DNA of 63,666 nucleotides, filler included, from Basidiobolus meristosporus CBS 931.73 (taxonomy: Eukaryota > Fungi > Basidiobolomycota): NCBI GenBank assembly GCA_002104905.1. It is 5 parts of 5 records of this genome, joined end to end, with 100 filler letters (N's around TTAATTAATTAA, not from the genome) between each part and the next. Parts side by side here need not be neighbours in the genome. Positions count along the whole stretch, not along the records: positions 47,042 to 59,305 come from MCFE01001248.1; positions 59,406 to 63,666 come from MCFE01001363.1; 3 more parts are not named here. One strand, 5' to 3'. The translations under genes were made by a program, and so were the position numbers. Positions 55,746 through 63,666 of the stretch are shown here, piece after piece. The notes under the pieces are model-generated. The model was not told the DNA's origin and made no database searches. It saw only the letters and a program-made list of their open reading frames with translations. Position 1 is the stretch's first letter; each line of letters begins with the position of its first letter.

Positions 55746-57420
55746 TGTTGTAAAAATTCGTATTTTTCACCTAAATATTCACCTAACTTAGTCACTTAGA
55801 TCATCATCTTCAAATCCTAGAGAATACTGACCAAATTCCTTGTCGGGATTTACTTAGAATATTTTCACCAAAATACCAGGTACCCAGAACATGAAAATTC
55901 TCAAAGTTGTCCAAACAGCCCCAAACTTTGCACACATGTTCTTGGGACCTTCCTTAATCTATTCTACGTGTTTGTAATGCCAAGACCATGTAAAAGTATA
56001 AATACTACTTTTACATTCAATAAATCATTAAGTGAAAACCACATAATCTACTTGTCCTCCCAATCACTTCCAATATCTCCAAGACTCTTACAACAGGTTA
56101 TGAGCCCCGAGCTGTCACTCTCTGCAATGTCTACTACTGCTATTACTGGAATTTTTCCCTCTGCTGAAAAGTTGGATGGATCTAACTACCAAGTGTGGAA
56201 GGTGAAGATGAAGATGCTGCTACAAGAAAGAGGCCTTTGGGATATTGTCATGGGAGAAGAATGCCCTCCTAAAAACGTGGGAGAGGAAGCCTTGAAGTAC
56301 CAGAAGAAAGAACAAAGTGCCTTTAACTGCATTTGCCTTAATGTCAAGGACAAATTGCTAATTCAATGCTCAAGAGCAAAAACGGCAAAGAATGCCTGGA
56401 AAGCATTAGAAGACACCTACCAGTCATGTTCAGCTGCCAAGAAAATGTATCTGAGAAGAAAATTCTTTACTACAAAGATGCTGCCAGGAGAAGAAATGAA
56501 AAATCTAATTAACAGAATTACCCTGCTGGTAGATGAGATGGAATCTGTGGGCGTACCAACTACTGATGAGGATGTGATAGTTACCATCCTGAATAGCCTG
56601 ACAGACGAGTTTCAGGGCCTTGTATCAGCCCTAGAGTCCAGAACTGAAGATTTGACCTTAAATTACGTATATGGAAGGCTCCTGGATGAAGAATTAAGAA
56701 AATCAAGCGCCAATAAGAAGGAAGAAGAAAATGCTTTAATAAGCAATGATAACCAACAAAGGAGGTACCCAAGACCCTACAAAGGCAACAGCAACCTATT
56801 TTGCAACTACTGCAAAAGGAAAGGACACACATCAGACCGGTGTTTCAAAAAGAGAGATTATCAGCAAAAGAAGCCTGAATATGGAAATGCTGCAACAACT
56901 GAAGATAGACTATTCATATCTGCACTAAATATGACCACAAACAAGGATTCTCAGACGTGGTATATTGACTCTGGAGCTTCTCAACACTTTACACAGCAAA
57001 AAGAACTTTTTGCCCAATATCAAGAAATTCCAATTAAGAAGGTTTTCATGGGTGACAATAGAACACTTGATGCAGTGGGAGAAGGAACTATCCAAGTAAA
57101 CCTTAGAAGCAGTGAAGGAAGCCATACACTGACCTTTAAAGAAGTACTCTATGTACCAGAAATAGCCAAGAACCTACTCTCTGTAAGCAAGGCCACAGCA
57201 GAAGGACTCAGTTTCAGTTTTGACAATTCTGGATGCAGGATCACTGAACAAAATGGTGCTCATATTGCTTCAGGCATCAGAGATCAGAACCTATACAAGT
57301 TGACTTATATTCCATCATATCTGGAAGCCAATATAAGTAACTTAAATGAAGAAACACCAATGCTTTGGCACAGGAGATTTGGACACATTAATTTTGATTA
57401 TTTGCGTAAAATGATCAAAG
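55746..57420 (+). mobile_element. Ty1/copia element: 5' LTR 55746-56095, PBS, intact gag-PR, interrupted
   Basis: 350-bp LTR TGTTGTAA...TTACAACA, PBS GGTTATGAGCCC. ORF from ATG at 56100 with CNYCKRKGHTSDRC and WYIDSGAS. Cut at ...ATGATCAAAG by an opposite-strand LTR. Confidence 0.93.
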
Positions 57421-59305
57421 TGTTGTAAGAGTCTTGGAGATATTGGAAGTGATTTGGAGAACAAGTAGATTATGTGGTTTTCACTTAATGATTTATTGAA
57501 TGTAAAAGTAGTATTTATACTTTTACATGGTCTTGGCATTACAAACACGTAGAATAGGTTAAGGAAGGTCCCAAGAACATGTGTGCAAAGTTTGGGGCTG
57601 TTTGGACAACTTTGAGAATTTTCATGTTCTGGGTACCTGGTATTTTGGTGAAAATATTCTAAGTAAATCCCGACAAGGAATTTGGTCAGTATTCTCTAGG
57701 ATTTGAAGGTGATGATCTAAGTGACTAAGTTAGGTGAATATTTAGGTGGAAAATACGAATTTTTACAACACTCCCACTCAGCTAAATGTTCATACTGACT
57801 AGTCCTAATTTTGACCTAAGATATTCAAACTTGTCTCTAGCTAATGGTTTGGTAAATATGTCTGCAATCATTTCATCTGTAGGACAGTAAACTAAGCTAA
57901 CTAAGTTATTCTCTATAGCTTCACGTATGAAATGATGTCTAATATCTATGTGCTTGGTTCTAGCATGAAAAGTTGGATTTCTACCTAATTGTATACATCC
58001 TTGATTATCTTGAAATAAAGTAATAGGCGTTTTTTGACATAGGCCTAAATCTGTAAAGAGCTTTCTTAACCACATTGCTTCTTTTGTAGCTTCACAGGCT
58101 GCCATATACTCTGCCTCTGTAGTAGAAAGTGCTACAGTTGGTTGCTTTCTTGAATTCCATGAAATGGCTCCTTTACAGTAAAGAAAGGTGTATCCTGTGG
58201 TGGATCTTCTGTCTTCTAAATTTCGTCCCCAATCTGCATCAGAGTATCCCACAAGATCCTGTTCTGAGTCCTTATAAGTGTATCTTAAGCAGATATCAGC
58301 AGTTCCTTTTAGGTATCTAAAAATCCGCTTAACTGCTGCAATATGATCAGATCCATAGTTCTGATTATGTTGGCTGACAACTCCCACTGAATATGAGATA
58401 TCTGGACGTGTTCCAAGCATGATATACATCAGACTGCCGACCATAGATTGATAAGGAAAGTCAGGGCTTTCAGATGGCACCAAGCTCTCTTGATTTGGTT
58501 GAGTTTTGACCAAGTTAAGGTTTGTCTCCATTGGGGTAGCTGCCGGTTTACAGTCTTCCATTTTGTACTTCTTTAGTATATCTTGAATATACTTGGATTG
58601 GCTTAGGGTAATAGTCTGGGTACTTCTGTCTATGGAGAACTTAATCCCTAAGTAGTAACTAAGTTCTCCTAGATCGGACATCTTGAACTCCTTAGATAGG
58701 CTGGATTTAGTCTCTTCCAATGTTTCTAGGTTATTGGCGGCTATAATAAGATCATCCACATATAGAGCTAATAGAACTGGATTTGCTCTATCTGGCTTAT
58801 AGTATATACTATAGTCAGCATTACTCCTTTTGAAACTCAAAGATTCCAAATAAGAATCTATCTTGCAATTCCAGGCTCTTGGTGATTGTTTGAGACCATA
58901 TAGTGACTTTTTAAGCTTGCAGACCAAATGGGGGTTATCTTGGTCAACAAACCCATCAGGCTGGTCCATATACACGTCCTCATCAAGTTCTCCATTCAAA
59001 AATGCAGTTTTTACATCCATTTGATGAATAAAAAACTTATATTTGGCTGCAATAGCCAATATTAATCTGATGGAATTAAACTTGGCTACCGGTGCAAAGG
59101 TCTCAGTATAGTCAAGTCCTTTTGTTTGAGAGTATCCTTTGGCTACAAGTCTTGCTTTGTATCTTTCAATTGTACCATCAGCCTTGTATTTTGTCTTGAA
59201 GACCCATCTGCATCCAATTGATTTTCGGTTGATTGGTAATTTGACTAAGTCCCAAGTTTGATTTTCCATCAGTGCCTGATATTCCTCAGTCATTGCAGAT
59301 CTCCA
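57421..59305 (-). mobile_element. Ty1/copia element of the same family: intact RT-RNase H (57782-59293) + 3' LTR (57421-57770)
   Basis: RYKARLVAKG, QMDVKTAFLNG, LYVDDL, GYSDADW, TKHIDIRHHF; PPT TGAGTGGGAG. Confidence 0.95.
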
Positions 59306-59405
59306 NNNNNNNNNNNNNNNNNNNNNNNNNNNNNNNNNNNNNNNNNNNNTTAATTAATTAANNNNNNNNNNNNNNNNNNNNNNNNNNNNNNNNNNNNNNN
59401 NNNNN
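59306..59405. other. Artificial contig linker
   Basis: N44-TTAATTAATTAA-N44. Confidence 0.98.
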
Positions 59406-59668
59406 TGGCTTGTTAAACATATCTGCAAGCATTTCATTTGTAGGACAGTAGGCTAGGTTAACTGAACTACTCTCTATAGCTTCATGTGTGAAATGATGTC
59501 TAATATCTATGTGCATAGTTCTTGCATGAAAAGCTGGATTTATATATATTTGTATATATCCTTGATTATCCTGAAATAATGTAGCAGGGGCCTTTTGACA
59601 TACATCCAGGTCTTTAAAAGGCTTTCCCAACCACATTGCTTCATTTGTAACCTCACAGGTAGCCATAT
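59406..59668 (-). mobile_element. Copia RNase H relic
   Basis: EAMWLGK...DNQG...FHARTMHIDIRHHF...EMLADMFNKP. Confidence 0.8.
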
Positions 59669-62600
59669 TGTTGTAAAAATTTGTATTTCCACCTAAATAT
59701 TCACCTAACTTAGTCACTTAGATCATCACCTTCAAATCCTAGAGAATACTGACCAAATTCCTTGTTGGGATTTACTTAGAATATTTTCACAAAAATGCCA
59801 AGTACCCAGAACATGAAAATTCTCAAAGTTGTCCAAACAGCCCCAAACTTTGCACACATGTTCTTGGAACCTTCCTTAACCTATTCTACGTGTTTGTAAT
59901 GTCAAGACCAGGTAAAAGTATAAATACTACTTTTACATTCAATAAATCATTAAGTGAAAACCACATAATCTACTTGTTCTCCCAATCACTTCCAATATCT
60001 CCAAGACTCTTACAACAGGTTATGAGCCCCAAGCTGTCACTCTCTGCAATGTCTACTACTGCTATTACTGGAACTTTTCCCTCTGCTGAAAAGTTGGATG
60101 GCTCTAACTACCAAGTGCGGAAGGTGAAGATGAAGATGCTGCTACAAGAAAGAGGCCTTTGGGATATTGTCATGGGATAAGAATGCCCTCCTAAAAGCAT
60201 GGGAGAGGAAGCCTTAAAGTACCAGAAGAAAGAACAAAGTGCCTTTAACTGCATTTGCCTTAATGTCAAGGACAAATTGCTAATTCAATGCTCAAGAGCA
60301 AAAACGGCAAAGAATGCCTGGAAAGCATTGGAAGACACCTACCAGTCATGTTCAGCTGCCAAGAAGATGTATCTGAGACGAAAATTCTTTACTACAAAGA
60401 TGCTGCCAGGAGAAGAAATGAAAAATCTAATTAACAGAATTACCCTGCTGGTAGATGAGATGGAATCTGTGGGCGTACCAACTACTGATGAGGATGTGAT
60501 AGTTACCATCCTGAATAGCCTGACAGACAAGTTTCAGGGCCTTGTATCAGCCCTAGAGTCCAGAACTGAAGATTTGACCTTAAATTACATATATGGAAGG
60601 CTCCTAGATGAAGAATTAAGAAAATCAAGTGCCAATAAGAAGGAAGAAGAAAATGCTTTAATAAGCAATGATAACCAACAAAGGAGGTACCCAAGACCCT
60701 ACAAAGGCAACAGCAACCTATTTTGCAACTACTGCAAAAGGAAAGGACACACATCAGACCGGTGTCTCAAAAAGAGAGATTATCAGCAAAAGAAGCCTGA
60801 ATATGGAAATGCTGCAACAACTGAAGATAGACTATTCATATCTGCACTAAATATGACCACAAACAAGGATTCTCAGACGTAGTATATTGACTCTGGAGCT
60901 TCTCAACACTTTACACACCAAAAAGAACTTTTTACCCAATATCAAGAAATTCCAATTAAGAAGGTTTTCATGGGTGACAATAGATCACTTGATGCAGTGG
61001 GAGAAGTAACTATCCAAGTAAACCTTAGAAGCAGTGAAGGAAGCCATACACTGACCTTTAAAGAAGTACTCTATGTACCAGAAATAGCCAAGAACCTACT
61101 CTCTGTAAGCAAGGCCACAGCAGAAGGACTCAGTTTCAGTTTTGACAATTCTGGATGCAGGATCACTGATCAAAATGGTGCTCATATTGCTTTGGGCATC
61201 AGAGATCAGAATCTATACAAGTTGACTTATATTCCATTATATTTGGAAGCCAATATAAGTAACTTAAATGAAGAAATACCAAGGCTTTGGCACAGGAGAT
61301 TTGGACACATCAATTTTGATTATTTGCGTAAAATGATCAAAGATCAGCTAATTTCTGGAGTGAAAATTGATCCTCCAGCTAATTTGAAGCACTGTGAAGC
61401 CTGCATATATGGGAAACAAGCCAGACAACTGTTCAAGAGCTCTGGGTTAATCAAAACTAAGAAAAATATTAGATCTAATTCACTCAGATCTGTGTGGACC
61501 TATGCAAAATTTATCCTTAGGCGGGATGAAGTATTTAATCACTTTTATTGATGATTATACAAGATACACATGGGTCTACTTCATGGAGAGAAAGAAAGAA
61601 GCTCTGTCTAAGCTCAGGGAGTTTAAAGCCATGGTGGAGAGAGAAACTGGTGAAAAAATCAAGAAAATACGCTCTGACAATGGTGGAGAATATACCTCAA
61701 AACTCTTCATCCACTTCTGCAAAATTCATGGGATAAAGCAAGAGACTACTGTACCATACTCCCCACAGCAAAATGGAGTAGCAGAACAAGCTAACAGATC
61801 AATAATTGATATGGCAAGATCTATGATCCATGATCAAAAATTATCCTATGATTTTTGGGCGGAATTGGTTGCCACTGCTGTATATCTTAAAAATAGGAGT
61901 TATAACAGAATACTTCGTGATTCTACTCCATTTGAAGCATGGTATGGATACAGACCAAGTGCAGAACATCTAAGAATATTTGGGTGTACAGCATATGCCA
62001 AAAAACTGGCCGGAAATCAGTCAAAATTTGAGCCAAAAAGTGTAAAATGCATATTTTTGGGCTACTGCAATGAGAGTAAGGCATACAGACTCTACAATAC
62101 CAAAGCAAAGAAGCTTATCAAGTCCAGGGATGTGTTGTTTGATGAAAATTCAAAATTTTCACAAAAAATGACATCAGATGATGACGGAAATTTGATCTCA
62201 AGTCCACCAATTGTCAGGATTGAATCAGAGCAAAACAATGAAAATTTTTCCACTCCAGAGGACTCTACAACTGTGGTTCAGCCAGAATCAGTGCCCAGGA
62301 ATATCCCAGAAGTGATCATTCCAGTATCAAATGCCTGGAGATCAAATCAAACAAGAAATAGCCCAAATTACTATATCAATGAGGGTACAAACTTAGCCTA
62401 TGCCTATTCAGTCCATATTGATGAGCCCCAGACTGTAAAAGAGGCCCTAAATAGCCCTCAGACAAAGTTTTGGAGATCTGCAATGACTGAGGAATATCAG
62501 GCACTGATGGAAAATCAAACTTGGGACTTAGTCAAATTACCAATCAACTGAAAATCAATTGGATGCAGATGGGTCTTCAAGACAAAATACAGGGCTGATG

Positions 62601-63666
62601 GTACAATTGAATGATACAAAGCAAGACTTGTAGCCAAAGGATACTCTCAAACAAAAGGACTTGACTATACTGAGACCTTTGCACCGGTAGCCAAGTTTAA
62701 CTCCATCAGATTAATATTGGCTATTGCAGCCAAATATAAGTTTTTTATTCATCAAATGGATGTAAAAACTGCATTTTTGAATGGAGAACTTGATGAGGAC
62801 ATGTATATGGACCAGCCTGATGGGTTTGCTGACCAAGATAACCCCCATTTGGTCTGCAAGCTTAAAAAGTCACTATATGGTCTCAAACAATCACCGAGAG
62901 CCTGGAATTGCAAGATAGATTCTTATTTGGAATCTTTGAGTTTCAAAAGGAGTAATGCTGACTATAGTATATACTATAAGCCAGATAGAGCAAATCCAGT
63001 TCTATTAGCTCTATATGTGGATGATCTTATTATAGCCGCCAATAACCTAGAAACATTGGAAGAGACTAAATCCAGCCTATCTAAGGAGTTCAAGATGTCC
63101 AATCTAGGAGAACTTAGTTACTACTTAGGGATTAAGTTCTCCATAGAGAGAAGTACCCAGACTATTACCCTAAGCCAATCCAAGTATATTCAAGATATAC
63201 TAAAGAAGTACAAAATGGAAGACTGTAAACCAGCAGCTACCCCAATGGAGACAAACCTTAACTTGGTCAAAACTCAACCAAATCAAGAGAGCTTGGTGCC
63301 ATCTGAAAGCCCTGACTTTCCTTATCAATCTATGGTTGGCAGTCTGATGTATATCATGCTTGGAACACGTCCAGATATCTCATATTCAGTGGGAGTTGTC
63401 AGCCAACATAATCAGAATTATGGATCTGATCATATTGCAGCAGTTAAGCGGATTTTTAGATACCTAAAAGGAACTGCTGATATCTGCTTAAGATACACTT
63501 ATAAGGATTCAGAACAGGATCTTGTGGGATACTCTGATGCTGATTGGGGACGAGATTTGGAAGACAGAAGATCCACCACAGGATACACCTTTCTTTACTG
63601 TAAAGGAGTAATTTCATGGAATTCAAGAAAGCAACCAACTGTAGCACTTTCTACTACAGAGGCAGA
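59669..63666 (+). mobile_element. Near full-length Ty1/copia element with premature stops and frameshifts
   Basis: LTR 59669-60017, PBS GGTTATGAGCCC, gag-PR-IN-RT. Stops at ~60178, ~60880, ~62549. Runs off the window. Confidence 0.95.

Noticed and set aside
55968-56099. N-terminal extension MFVMPRPCKSINTT... on copia gag ORFs (also 31730, 59890, 57548)
   Set aside because: The ORF caller started at GTG inside the LTR; the plausible start is the ATG at or after the PBS.

Overview
Eukaryotic, almost certainly fungal DNA (probably an early-diverging lineage; the genus cannot be fixed from sequence alone). The window is five unrelated contigs joined by artificial 100-bp N44-TTAATTAATTAA-N44 linkers (11985, 29447, 46942, 59306), so adjacency across these joins is meaningless. 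Contig 1 (1-11984) is a chromosome end: a head-to-tail array of two diverged APE-type non-LTR retrotransposon families, all with 5' ends toward the tip, separated by 1-2 TTAGGG units, followed by an 86-bp tandem repeat and a (TTAGGG)n telomere. In both families ORF2 has no start codon and follows ORF1 in frame through an identical TCT GCC TGA CTA C junction (a UGA-CUA readthrough-type context). Both lack a poly(A) tail and end in a shared hairpin plus C-rich CCCTAA terminus. This is the main candidate for an undescribed system. Contig 2 holds ordinary genes: an inverted near-identical PHO84-like pair, ECO1, TIM10, an S10 carboxypeptidase, a 7TM-RGS protein and SRP9. Contigs 3 and 5 are nests of copia, gypsy and Harbinger elements, including a young gag-protease-only LTR element and a Helentron-like non-autonomous insert. 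Contig 4 has a LINE 3' end, an MFS transporter with a truncated paralog, an ADH6-type dehydrogenase and nested copia copies. All alignments and counts were done by eye.
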